Below, piece by piece: positions 26,343-38,699 of a stretch of 64,000 nucleotides of DNA; the stretch's first letter is position 1; each line of letters opens with the position of its first letter. The notes under the pieces were generated by a model. That model saw nothing but the letters and a program-made list of their open reading frames with translations. It was not told the origin of the DNA and ran no database searches. The stretch comes from Camelus ferus (taxonomy: Eukaryota). Location of the stretch: NCBI RefSeq assembly GCF_009834535.1, contig NC_045697.1, positions 5,644,001 to 5,708,000 of the forward strand, in the 5' to 3' direction. Made by a program: the position numbers and the translations under genes.

Positions 26343-27229
26343 AAAGGCTTTTCCAGTTGCTGTCATGCAGTTGAGCCTGCATCAGGGACCCCTGCCCCTC
26401 CTCCCTTGGTGCTGTGCTCCATGCTCATACCTGCCTTTGCCCCTGACTGTGGTGATGTGGGAACACCCACTGCCAGGGAGGCAAAGTTGGGCTGTGCAGC
26501 CATGCCCTATGGGGCCCAGCTCTGACATGTTACAGACTCGCTGTGCAGCCCTGGGCAGCGAGGTACCCTCTCTCCAGGCCTCAGCTTCCTTCCCCTTCCT
26601 GGGGGCAGTCACAGCACCATCTCCTCGGGCTGCCGTCAGGGATGAAGCTTGGAGGACGGTGCCTGGTATAAGGTTAGCGGTCAGGAAATTCACGGCTAGT
26701 GCCACCTCCACCTGCCCTCCACGCCCTGCTGGATGTGTGCAGATCCAGTGTCTGTTCCTCTGACTGCAGCTCTCCCTTCTCCTCAGCGCTACGATTTAGT
26801 GAATGACCTTCCAGGCCGTAGCCCTTAGTGTGGCCCAGGGTCGCGCACCTCCCCTTCTATCCAGTGCCCTGTGGCGTCCACTGTCTGCTGACCCCGCTTC
26901 TGAGGTGAGACCCGACAGTGATGGAGGAGGCGGGGGGACCCTTCATGTGCCCGAGCACCTGCTTTGTGACAGGCGCCAAATCACATCTTTATAGAGACTT
27001 TCATTGATGGCTTGTAGTCACCTGCCGAGTTACTGTCTCCAGTGTACACTTCAGAGGTCAGAGCTCAAAGGAGGTAAATAACTTCTGCAGACCAGGCCCT
27101 GTCCCCGGTCAGTGACAGCGCTGGGGTCTGAGCCCAGGGCAGCCACCCTGCAGTCCATGCTCTGCCTTTCCGAGCGTGGGGAGAAAGCAAGGGGCACGCA
27201 CACCCCACACCCTCTCCGCACACGGTCTA

Positions 27230-27338
27230 CATACTTATCTCTGTACACGCACTCTCTACACGGTTTGCACACACAACCTCTGCACACACCCTGCACACAC
27301 ACTCTGCACACACACACCTTACACATACATTGTACACA
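27230..27338. repeat. Degenerate CA-rich simple repeat (ctgcacacac-like units)
   Basis: Directly visible. Confidence 0.75.
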
Positions 27339-30300
27339 GCCCTGTGCAAAGCCCTGTCAGATCCTCGGGGTGGAACTCCCTGTCTGTCCTCCCCCGTCCC
27401 TGCTCCGTCCTTTATTACCTCCCTCTTTCACATGCTGGGCCCATGCTAGGTCTTAACCTGTTTGCCAAGGGAACAAATGAAGGGAAGGCTTTCAAGTACA
27501 CAGAAAAGCTGGTGGTGATGATTAACCAGCATACAGTCCCGAAGCACAAGCCATGTCCCCCCGGCCTCGTGTGCACTTCTGGGTCGGGTTGTAGGTCAGG
27601 AGATTTCCATGATATTCCTGTGGAGGAAACTGTTTTTTAATGGACTGAATATTTGGATTACAAGGGTGTCTGTGACTTGAGCTGGTTGTCCACCAGGAGG
27701 GCCTATAACTCCGTGCTTCACTTCAGTCCTATTTTCATTCCATTGTTTAAATGGATACTTTTTAGTTACAGATGACGTAATGGCAGAATGATCAGAACAG
27801 CAAATGACAAGAAGCCGGGGGAAATGTGACTATAGTGAAGACATGGTTTATCAGAGAAAACATCATTTTAGTTGATGTTAAGCCAGCCTGACCCAGTGAC
27901 ATGCAGGTGAGCATCTCCCTGGGTGGCGTTCGTGGAAGCCCAGAGGCAGAACGAGGTCGACGATGGTTCTGCTCCCTCTGCATCTCCTGTTGACACCGAG
28001 TACTGCGTCCATTCTTGGAACCACATTTGCTTTTTGAGGCCAGTAAATTCCTGCATTCAGAGAGTCATATGTGTGACCAGCAAGCACAAGTGTATTTCCT
28101 GTAGAGAGTTCCGGAAGGGTTTGAGAATGTTTAGCCTACAGAAGAGAGAAGACTTGTGTGGGGGTCGGGGACAAAATAGCTGAACTTTATTCCAAGTGCT
28201 GCTTGAAGTGGGAGGGTGACCTGGAAGAGGCAGTGGGCTCCCCACACACAGACAGAGCGGGGCGGTGTCTCCTTGTGTCCTACTCTGTGTCATCCAGCAA
28301 ATAGCGAGGTCAGGTAGGCCAGGGGTGGGCTGAGCTCTGGAAATGGAGGGGATGTGCGCCCCGCCAAATCAGTGCAGTTTGGGGAGCCCGAAGAATGGTG
28401 GTTAAAATGTTTAATTAAAGTGTGCCCATGGGGACAGAGAGATGTAAAAGAAAGCTGGGGCAAAACGGTTGAGGAGGGAAAGGCTGAGAACGTGACAGGC
28501 TTTTGCTTTTTCTTGAGGAGAAGAGGCATAGTCCTGTTTTAAAATGGAATTGCCTGGAGCTTCCTGGGTCATTATGTACGTGTGGTGCTCCTCGACTTCT
28601 GAAATTGTCATGAGTTTGCTCATAGTGTCCTTAACACTAAGGATCTGAGATTTTATGTTTCTAATTTCCAAACTTCTTAAAGGAGATAGGGGCTTAATAA
28701 GAGAAAGCAGTACCTTTCAGGTTATTTGAAGGTTAATTGCTATTATCAGAAATTAGACCAGTAAGTTCATCTCAGCTGGTGTTAACCATCCTTGTCCCCT
28801 TTGTGTAACTGTCCCCATTGTCTGCTGCTCAGGATCTATGAAGCGTAGAAGGGTGGAACTAGAGAAGTCAACCTCTCTCCTCTTTCATGCACACATTTCT
28901 CCTTCTCTGTTAAAAAACATAGGCTGAATTCTGGAAACTGCAGACCAGCAAGGTTGGTACTGGTTCTCACCAAAATTCCAAAACAGGTTATTTAACTGCT
29001 GATGACAGTTTCCTCAGATCAAGAACACCTTTCTTTTTTTTTTTTCTAATGAGGTTTCCAGACTGATGGGGTAGAACACTTTATGTATTCAACTAATATT
29101 TATATTTTATGTATATATGTGTGTGTGTGTGTAACATGTACAACATAGGTGCAGCTAACATTGACAACATTCGGTGAACAGACACTCACAGCTTGCCTCA
29201 CAGAAGGCATCACACAGAGAAAGTGGGAAGGGAACCCAGAATGCCATATTCTGAAAGCTCCTTGGCGCAGCACATTTGAGTAGAAGTTTGGTCCGTGAGA
29301 AAGAAGATGTTGCAGGTGGAGAGGACAGTGGGTGCCCAAGGGTGGAGGTGGAAGGAGGGGCTGGCTCGGGGAAGGGTCTGCAGCTCTGGACTCTGGCATG
29401 GCTGCAGGAGGAGAAGCCGGGTGGTGAGTGCCCATTCCTTTGGCAGATGTTCACCAAGTGGAGTGGCTGAGCAGGCTAATTTGTTGGGTGAAAAAAAGGG
29501 GAGAGTCTAAAATGCCCTGAGATTTCCTAACTTGGGAATCAAGAGAGGGGGACCCTTTCTCTTTGGGAGGAGAGGGAGGGCCTGAGAGTAAGTCAGGAGG
29601 GTCGTGTGCACGTGGCTGAGGCACCAGGGGACACCCAGCAGGCAGCTGAATACGCTCCCCTGGGACACAGGAGCCAGGCGGCAGGGTGGGCGTTTTCTGC
29701 AGATCCCAGGTTCGGCTCTGTGGGAACGAGTGGGTTTAGCGAGAATGCGTAAGGGCTGAACTTCGTTAAGGGTCAGAGGTCTGCAGGGGCGGAGGCGGCC
29801 ACGAGGGAAGGTGAAGACAAATTGTCAGAGGTTGAAGAAGAACCTGGAGAGACAGAGTCCTGGAGGCCAAGGGAGGCCCGCGCTCCAGGAGAGCCGCCCC
29901 CGCAGAGCCCCACGTGCCTAGAGGGAAGTGGGGAGCAGTACACGTTGGGGGAGCGATGGGGGCCCAGCGTGTGTCCTCGGTGTACTCGCGTGCTGACTGA
30001 ACAGCTGCTGAAAGGGAGCAAAGCAAAAGGAACAGTCTGCACGTTCTCCCTCCATCCCTGGCTGCGCTGCCCGCCGCCTCGGGGGTGTCTTGCCGGCCTC
30101 TTCTGTGGGTGACTAGTCCCTGGGAGCTTCTCCAGCACGGGGACAGGGACAGAGACAGGACTCCGGCAGCCTCCACTGTGACTTCAGCAGGGGCGTCACG
30201 CTTCAGAGCCCTGACGGTTCTGAACTTTTAGCTGTAATTCACGTTGATGCATTTTTCAATTAAGACTGAAGGGACTGGATTTGCAGTTTAGTTAGTGGGC

Positions 30301-31148
30301 CCCAAATTACACTTGGGAACATGATCCCTGTGAAGTCATTTTAGCTTATCGGTAGTTGGCAAACATTTACACAACAGTGGTTGTTCTCACTGTGCCTTTG
30401 GCTGCATACGAAACTGAACAGCGGGCTGTGTCCACTGATTGAATGAAAAAAAGAACGATTTTGTGTTACAGGGAACTTTTTACAATATGCCAGAGGGACG
30501 TACTGGAGTCTCTTTAATCTTGAACAATGGTCGTTTCTTGCAGAGGCAAATTATGCAAATTGGCACTCAGTGTTTCATAATCAATCAGGTCTTTGTTGGA
30601 AGTGTTGTGCATGCCAGAGGGACAGAATTCCTATTGTGGTGGTGGTGGGCGGGTCTCTGCAAGTCTAACCACTGCTGTGATCTGCAGAGGACACTTCTGA
30701 CTGACTGCCTTGAACGCTCCCTACAGTTAAATTGCAGTCGGCCTCTGAGAAGAACTTGTACCAGGGTTTTTGTTTTACAGTTTATCTTGCTTTGGGTGAT
30801 TACAAAACACCCGTGAAGGAGCAGCTCGCAGGTCTGTTCTGTGGGGGACACACGTGAACGGGGCCGGGATGCCGCCGGGGACGGCAGGTGGCAGCCCCGC
30901 TCCCGCTCCTGGAGCTGCCTTTGTGTGGAGCCTGCCTGGGGTGTGGTGGTTTAAGGCCTTGGACTCATCCAAATGCACGTGTATATTTGCAAACAATGTC
31001 ATTCCAGCTTCAGCTTGTGCAGCCACAATTAACTTTTAATAATCTCCTGTGATTCTAGATCAAAAATAAAGAACCAGAGAAAATGTTAAAGCCCTTGGAA
31101 AAAATGGATACTTTTGGCATTTCTTGTTATTGCACTGCTCCAGTACTT

Positions 31149-31167
31149 GTGCTGCCATCTAGTGGAC
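31149..31167 (-). promoter_or_regulatory. Candidate CTCF site (near-consensus)
   Basis: Minus strand reads GTCCACTAGATGGCAGCAC, a full match to CCASYAGRKGGCRS. Confidence 0.65.
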
Positions 31168-34064
31168 GGTGTCAAGTACGCAGCAGACGTGCTGTGTTTG
31201 GAGTTTATTTTACCCTGCTAGTGATTCTTGAAGATGATGGAAAAGCAGTTCCACGCGGAGCATGAAATCATTTTTGAGGACCCACTTTGGGTTAGTCACA
31301 TGCTCAGATGTGAAAACATTTCAGAACCAGATAGCGGCATCTCTGAAAGAGTTACGCCTGCAAGAGGTCCTTAACCCAGCCTGGGAATGGCAGAGAAGAC
31401 TTCTAGGAGGTGGGTCCCTGGACCAGAGTCGTGTGAGTCGGAGTAAATCAGAAGGCTAGGGTTGGGAGGTTGGGGAGGGCTCTGAGTCTGGAGAATCAGC
31501 AGGGACAGGAACTCCTCAGCACCTCGGGTTTACGGAATTGGACTTGATCCTGTGGTCCTGAGGCATCTACATTTTCGGTCAGGGAAGTATGTGGGAAGAT
31601 TTACCTTTTTGTTTAGAAACAGTTTTTGTCTGATTACAAAAATCATATATACAAATTGTAGAAAATTTTAAGGTCTGGAAAGGTATTAGGAAGAAAGCAA
31701 GGTCTCCAGGTCCCACCACCCAGACAGCCATTAGTATCCTGATGAGCCGCCTCTGAGGTTCCTCTGTCTGCAGACACAGCTTTGGTACGTGTGTCATGTA
31801 TTTCACGTAACTAGATCACACAGTACGTGCTGTGGGCAACCTTGCTTCCTCCCCCTTCGACAGTATGCTTGTGGGAAAACCATCCATGGGGCTGAGTCCG
31901 TGTCAACAACACACATTCACCCGTGGGAGCAGTTCTCCTGGGTGCACATATTGGGGTGTTTTTGTTTGGTGTCTCCTAGTAAAAGCTTCATGTGTAAGAA
32001 CAGGTCATGTGAGAATCTATTTCCCTGTCAGATGCATCTAACACAAGGACACCGGGACTGCGTTGTAGTCAGTCGGCTTATGTGGCACGTGTGTGGAGAA
32101 CTTCAATGTCTTGATGATTTTTGGAATTAGCCTTATTAAACTACAGTCACTTAAAAGTGAACTAGATTTATCTTCAGAGAAAGGAATGAGTCAGATAAAT
32201 GCCTGCAGTTTTAGAATGGAGCTTAAATAACTCGTTCGGCTGAGTATCAGCTTCTTGGAGAAGCCATATCCTGGCTGATGCTGGAGTGTGGCTGTTGGCT
32301 TTGTGCGTTTGACCAGAACAAGTCATCTTAGCGTTGGGTACTTGTGATCTCAAAGCATTCCGCGTGCACTCTGGTAACAGCACCCCTCAGAGACCCACTG
32401 TGCTCAGATGGGACGAGGGTCACCTCTGTGGGAGACTTGCTGAGAAGGAAAGCCCACAGGCACTTGGTTTGGGAGTCACCGTCTCCCTTTTATTCTGAAT
32501 CATTTATACAAAATGTGTCTTCTCATCTGTAAAATGGGATTATCATGGAACCTATCCCATAGGGTTAATGGGAGAAGTAAATGAGATAATGCACTCACAG
32601 CATTTAGATTGGCGACACAGCACGCACTCAGAGTTGGCTGTTACCTCCTGCTACTGTTGTCTTTAAAGACTCGTTTTTACCACTCTCCCTTTGTAGTGAA
32701 GCTCAGGGAGATTAAGCAACTTGCTCAAAATTTCAGTTGGCAAAGGTTAAGAGTTTAGGAGCTTATAAAAAACACCCCTTTCTTCCCAGCCCAATTCTGG
32801 AACTACCTGAAAGGAGTACAGGAGTCAGAAGATGAAAACACCAAGTGGAGAAGCTGGCTTTAGATTTGTGGCCAAATCTGGGTGGAGCATGAGCCCAAAC
32901 TGCCCCTCTGCTGCCGGCTGCCGAGCGAGCTCACTCCCTTCTCCAGGTCCCACACCAGGAAGTCGTCCTCTGCCCTCAGCTGCAAGAGTGAGGGGTCAGA
33001 GACAGAACAGGAAGTTAGTCCAGCTCAGTCCCTCCGCCGAGGCCCGACAGGGTCCCCTGTAGAGTCAGTGGCAGAGATGGAGCAGAGATGAGAACTGGGA
33101 ACCTAGGCCAGCTCCTTGGTTTCTTACCCATCTCTCTCCTGTCTATCCTGCTCCACCCCCAGTCCTTTGCCCAGAGTCTGCTCCTGGGCCTACCCCCACC
33201 CCACCCTCAGGGTGGATGGAGACGGACTCAGATACGGGGAAGGGACCCGGCCCTGGACCTCACCTTCATTTCTTGTTTAAACTGTGTTTTGAGGTGGTTT
33301 GATGATTGATACTCAGTGAATGGGTGACCATGGTACCGCCAGTCTTTCTGACCATCCTGTTTCCTTGCTCATTGTTGTGAGCCTTCCTTCCAGCGTCCCC
33401 GTGGTACTTGCGACCCCAGGCCTCCTCTGTCGCAAGCACAGGGAACAGCAGCGGAGCTTGGAGGAGGCGACTTCAGCGGTGAAAGCAGTCACTTTGGATG
33501 TGCGCAGTGTTCCTACTCTGTCATCTAAGTGACTTTTTAAATGAGCACTCTGTGCAGAAGCATTCCAAAAACCTCTCTTGCAGATCTTTCTATGCCCACT
33601 GTAGTCTAAACATTAAAAAAAAAATCAATATATACAAATACTCTCACTTGAAACCCAGTTTATATTTCTGTGAAGAAAAGCGTCAAACTTAAATAAGCTA
33701 AGTAGCAGTGGTTTATTAGTCTTTTGACAGTATAATAGAGAATAAATAACTTAGCCTTAGAGTCACATAGACCTGTGCTCTATTCCAGTTCTGCCCCTCT
33801 TAGCCTGTGACCTTGCAGGGGCCTCAGTTTATCTGCACTGCCTGGCACACACGTGGTTGGTCTCAGTACGTGGCAGTCACTGTTGGGAACGTCAGGTGTG
33901 CAGTGCGTTGTTGAATACAGATACAGGAAAAAACAGCTCAACGTTGTTCGCTGGACGCTTTTCTCGTTCCCAGTCATCCCCCTTCGTGGTGACTATTCTA
34001 GAAAACTACACCTGCCACCTGCCAAAAACCTGTGCTTCAGTCTGGGGGTTAAGAATTCAAGCCT

Positions 34065-34280
34065 GATAGTTAGAATGCTGGATTCCTTCCAGGCTTCACC
34101 CCGTGTGTCCCTGAGCAAATTCTTTGCCCTCTCTCTGACTCAGTTTTCTTAGCTGTAAAACAGGCGTGACAGTGTTACTCACCTCCTGGGGGCTGCTGGG
34201 AGAGTTCAGTGAGCTAGTGCGCGCAGAGGTCTTGGGGTCGTGCCCGGCATGTAGTAAACCCTCAAAGAACTTTTCGTTGT
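34065..34280 (+). mobile_element. MIR SINE
   Basis: gtgtgtccctgagcaaattctttgccctctctctgactcagttttctt..tgtaaaa..tgcccggcatgtagtaaaccctcaa. Confidence 0.75.
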
Positions 34281-34454
34281 TGATTTTTTTAAGTGTCATT
34301 GATCTTCTTAAATGGAACTTTTAACAAAGCTTACAAGTACTTAGAAATAAAGTAGAGATTTGTGGCGGGATTGAGTTGGTTCAAGTGTGAGTTATTACTA
34401 GTTTGGCAGCAGAAATCCTGTACTTCAGAATCACCAAAATGTTAAAAGAGAGTA

Positions 34455-34770
34455 TAAGATGGCATATTTTAGAAAAATAGTGTTTTATTAAGGAAAATGC
34501 CACATATACACTAAAGTAGACAGATAGTTGTAAGGAGCCCACGTATGCACGTGCCCATGTCCAGTTACTGACGCATGACTGATCCTGTTTCCTGTTTCTC
34601 TCCACCCCCATATTATGTTGGAGCAAATCCCAGGTATCATATCATTTTATTTATAAATTTTCAGTACCTTTCTAAAAGATAGGGATTTTAAAAACATGAT
34701 CATAGTACATACTGTTATCACACCTAAAGAAAAATTCTTTTTAATTCCTTAATATCATTAAATATTAAGT
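34455..34770 (-). mobile_element. Old L1MC-like 3' fragment
   Basis: gcaaatcccaggtatcatatcattt..ttatcacacctaaa..aattccttaatatca. Confidence 0.6.
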
Positions 34771-35539
34771 GGGAGATTTTTTAAACCAGTGAAGTAACAA
34801 TATACAGCAGGCATTATAGTGACTTTAATGTCAAATGAAACTAGAAAATACCGACATGTTCATCAGTTTAGGAGGGAGCCTGTGCTCGTACGGCACAATT
34901 AGGACTTCAGTTCCAGCTTTGTCGCCGATACTGCTGCTCAGGATTTTGGTTTCTTTCCACTAATTAAAAATCTGTTTCCACAGGGTTGTTGTCAGAATTA
35001 AGTGAAATAACCCGCTTAATGTGACTGGTCCGGAGGAGAAAGTAAATATTGCATTCCTTTCCTTTTTCTCTTGTAACTTCAGTTCAATTCTTACTTTAAA
35101 CCACAGCTTATGTTAGTAATGGAGTCTCTGTTCTTGGTCCACATCCATCCTCTCTGGTGGAGACATATTTCGTATAATTCAGCAGTGTGATCAGAACCAC
35201 AGCTTGCTGACATGAAAACTCGTCCCTGTGGACCATCAGTCAGATGGAGGGAGGAGCCCCGGCTCCGTGAGGACAGACCACCTCCGTGCAGCACGCTGGA
35301 CTGCACAGTCTCGGTGGTTCACATGTTGATGCTGCACCTTCTGGATGCACCACACTGACCCTCTAGGCGAGCAATTTGCAAAATAGCCAGCATAGCCCTC
35401 TTCGTTTGTTTGTTCACACAGTTAGCTAAGGGCAGTCTTGTGATTCCTTTTTAATATGACTAGGATGTCAGGAGTTACCAGATCTTGAAGCCTTTTCTGT
35501 TGGATTTCCTTTTTTCCCTCATTTCCTCCTTCCAACAGT

Positions 35540-36060
35540 TAGGCGCTACTGGAGATACAAAAATGAATAGGATATAGATCCTGATGTCAAAGAACTTAAT
35601 TGAAGTCTAGCAGGGGTTACAGGTAAATACTTGTAATGTGGGAAGTGTTCACAGGTATCTGTGAAATACTAAGGGGCGTGTTAGGAAAGGCTTCCTGGAG
35701 GAGGTGACATTTAAGCAGAACCTGGAATGATGAGCAGGGGCTCTGCAGGTAGCATGGGATTGGGATTAAGAAGGCTGTTCCAGCAGAGGAGGAGCACTCC
35801 CTGGGAATGCTTTCCAGGCTAAACCATGTTGTGGGGCACTTCATGGCCTTGGTCAGAAGAGGGACACACACCATTTTCACAGCTCTATGCCTCTGTGATG
35901 GCTCTTCCTCTGCCTGAACCAGCATTCTTAGTTCCAGCCCCATGCTACCTGCAGAGCCTCTGGTCATCCTTCTGCTTTAATGTTACCTCCTCCATGAAGT
36001 CCTTGGATCTTGTCACTGACCTGGTCCCACAGACTTTTCCATTGACCCCATCCTTCCTCC
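35540..36060. mobile_element. Oppositely oriented L2 fragments forming an inverted repeat
   Basis: Minus-strand L2 (ctggagatacaaaaatgaatag..ggaaaggcttcctggaggaggtgacattt) followed by a plus-strand counterpart (aatgttacctcctccatgaagtcctt). Confidence 0.7.
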
Positions 36061-36828
36061 TCCTAGACCCCACCTTTTCCCTCCCTCTACTCCCATGTCA
36101 TTCGATGATATCAAGTCTGAAAGAAATAGACACTAGTTTTAGATCTCGATGGGGCAAATGTACTTTCATTTTGCTCTGATTTCCTTGTCAAACTTGACAC
36201 TGGAATGGCCTTTCTCCTTGTAGAAGTAAGAAGCTTTCTCTTTAGATACACACATATAAATGATTCTTACCGTGTAAGTGACTGTTTTTAAATTGGCACT
36301 ATATGTGGAAACATTGAAAATCCAAAGTACACAACTATTCAGCCTCTCTAAAAATCTGAAAGCCTCAGGGGCATATCAGTCTTGTATGAAATATAATATG
36401 CTGTCTTTGGCAGTTTATTCTCAAAAATAGGACCGAGCACAACAGTAAACAGATCAAAGCTTGACGAAGAATCTTTGCGAAGATGACGGTAGTCATGTGA
36501 TTAAACTGTCAAATCAGTCTTTACAAAGCTAACTCTATCATATAACGCTGTTTGGGAACTTAAGTGTGTCTGTTTAGATAAAGATATAGTGACTTTTTTT
36601 CTTTATTATTAATTTGTTGTGATTTTTTTGTGTGTATTTATTTTGGGAACCTAGTATAATTTCACAGCTGTCAAATACCTACAGAAATATTAATGCTCAT
36701 TTATTTCTTTTTAGTCTTGGCATTTGAAATATTTTATACATTATACTTGTATTAAGTATTGAGTTATTAAACTGATGATATTAAGTCAGTAATTACTTAA
36801 CACCTTAATTTATCAAGAATTTCATTTA

Positions 36829-36964
36829 GTGAGGAGGGTATAGCTGAAGTGGTAGAGCACATGCTTAGCATGCACAAGGTCCTGGGTTCAATCCCCCGTG
36901 CTTCCATTAAAAATTTTTAAAAATAAACAAAAAAAAACCAAGCCTAATTACGCCCCCCCCCCCA
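36829..36964 (+). mobile_element. tRNA-Ala-derived SINE (camelid Vic-1 type)
   Basis: GGAGGGTATAGCTGAAGTGGTAGAGCACATGCTTAGCATGCACAAGGTCCTGGGTTCAATCCCC, then A-rich, cctaattac and C-run tail. Perfect 11-bp TSD AATTTCATTTA (36818-36828 / 36965-36975). Confidence 0.92.
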
Positions 36965-38631
36965 AATTTCATTTAACCCTGACCAAACTTCACTTCATTT
37001 TAACAAATTGGCTGCAGTGTGTTTTAGAACCAGACTCCCCCTGCCCAGTGCATTGTGCCCCAGCAGCCCCTGCAGGCAGGTGTTGGGAAGGGGATAGAAG
37101 CCAGGGAAATGTATTAAACTGAGAGTAATTTGATTAAATCTTGTATGTGATACAGTAAACACCTTGTTTGCACATCTCTTAAATTTTTTCCTCAACAACC
37201 TTAAAAGTCAGATTTTAAAATACAGCATAAGTGGAAAATAAGAATGAGAGCATGAGGAGGGCCACTGTGGCGCAGTGGAAGACACGCCGAGCTTGACCCT
37301 GAGCCCCACCAGGCACTAACTTGTAACCGCACCATTCACTCGGCTTCGGTGAGGTTCACCTTCCCAAGCTGGGTGATGGGCGCAGTGGCGTCAGTGCCCA
37401 CAGCAGGGGCACAGGAAAGAACTGGGTCGTGTATGTGGAAGGACCCGCAGAGCCAGGGCTGTCTGGCAGACTCTCAATCATTGTTTTAGTCTGGTGCATA
37501 AATTAATATTGTGGCCATACTTAATTTTGTCTTTGATTCATGCTCTTAAGACGCCTGAGGGTACTTTTCTGAACCGTATTTGTTATTAGTCTAGACTCTG
37601 GGAAATTTAACTGAACCCCTACTGACCTATCTCCAGACACATGCTGAACATCTCTTTGGTGTGAACACTGTCTTTGTACTTAGACATTTACTCGTATTAA
37701 CACCTCTGAGCTGCGTGGTGTGCTTGGGCTGCGAGGAGGCTGTGCGGCCCTCCTCGTGTGGGTCATAGCCCCACAGAGAGAGGTGTGCGTGTCACAGTGA
37801 AGCCAGGGGACGTGGGTGGGACGCAGAAGTTCTTTTAAGTTCAGAGCAAAGTGAAAATTAGCCTGAGTTGGCCTTGACAGAAGAACTATCATGAGAAAGA
37901 TGGAAGTTCAGCAGATCCTTCAAGCCTGGGGCTCCATCTCTTTGGAGTAAGTACAAAGGGCTTTAGAGAGAAATTAGCGTGAGCCATGGTCAAAGGACAG
38001 GGCAGGCCACCAGCTTAGCCAATCACTGTCTCCTTCTGGAAACACTTTGGTCCCTGTTGTCCTAGTTTTCTTCCTACTTCTTTTTATTTGATTTGTTTCT
38101 TAGTCCCTCTGTACTGCTGTGTCTGTTTTGTTCACCCATGGAAGTAGGGAGATGGAGATTTGCTGTGCAGCGATAAATTGTTGCTCTTGAATCTTTCATT
38201 TAATTCTGCTCCTCTACATGGGCCCTGTTGATAAACTTGATAGCTACCTTAGAACCCACCCCCTAGAACACTTGGAAGAAGACATGTCTATAAAGTTTTA
38301 GGCACAAGACACATAAGGAAAAGGATCGGCCTTTATTGAGCACATGCTGGGTGGTTTCTAGACTTGCACTGTCCCATTGAATCTCAGAGTTCCTTAGAGA
38401 GCTCCTCGTCACCGGTCACAGATCACAGCCGTTACACAGGAGGAGGGAACCATCAGTAAGAGACAAAGCCCAGCAAGCTCGTGATTGTGCCAGAGTCTAA
38501 AACCAGAGTTGTCCAGTTTGTAGCTTCAGAATCTTTCTACCATGCATTCCATTCTCTATTAGTTTAAAATGTGTTACATGTGAGCGTAAAATAGCTATTT
38601 ACATAAACCGTTCGCTTTCTTTTCATTGTAG

Positions 38632-38699
38632 ATTTCGCACATTGGCAAACTGAGAGATTTTCTTCTGGAACACAGGAAAGATTATATTAATGCTTATAG
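38632..38699 (+). CDS. STX18: Syntaxin-18 internal coding exon (probably exon 2), 68 nt, ISHIGKLRDFLLEHRKDYINAY(S)
   Basis: Acceptor ctttcttttcattgtag|ATT and donor TATAG|gtaagt. Translation matches the syntaxin-18 N-terminal region as I recall it; the phase-2 end joins the next exon in frame. Confidence 0.96.

Noticed and set aside
30880..30897. Additional CTCF-like motifs (ACGGCAGGTGGCAGC; also ~52196 within a MIR and ~57500)
   Set aside because: Mismatches at informative core positions or only partial matches.
36831..36906. Apparent tRNA-Ala(AGC) gene
   Set aside because: It has a SINE tail and TSD, mismatched stems, and a second related copy in the window: a tRNA-derived SINE.
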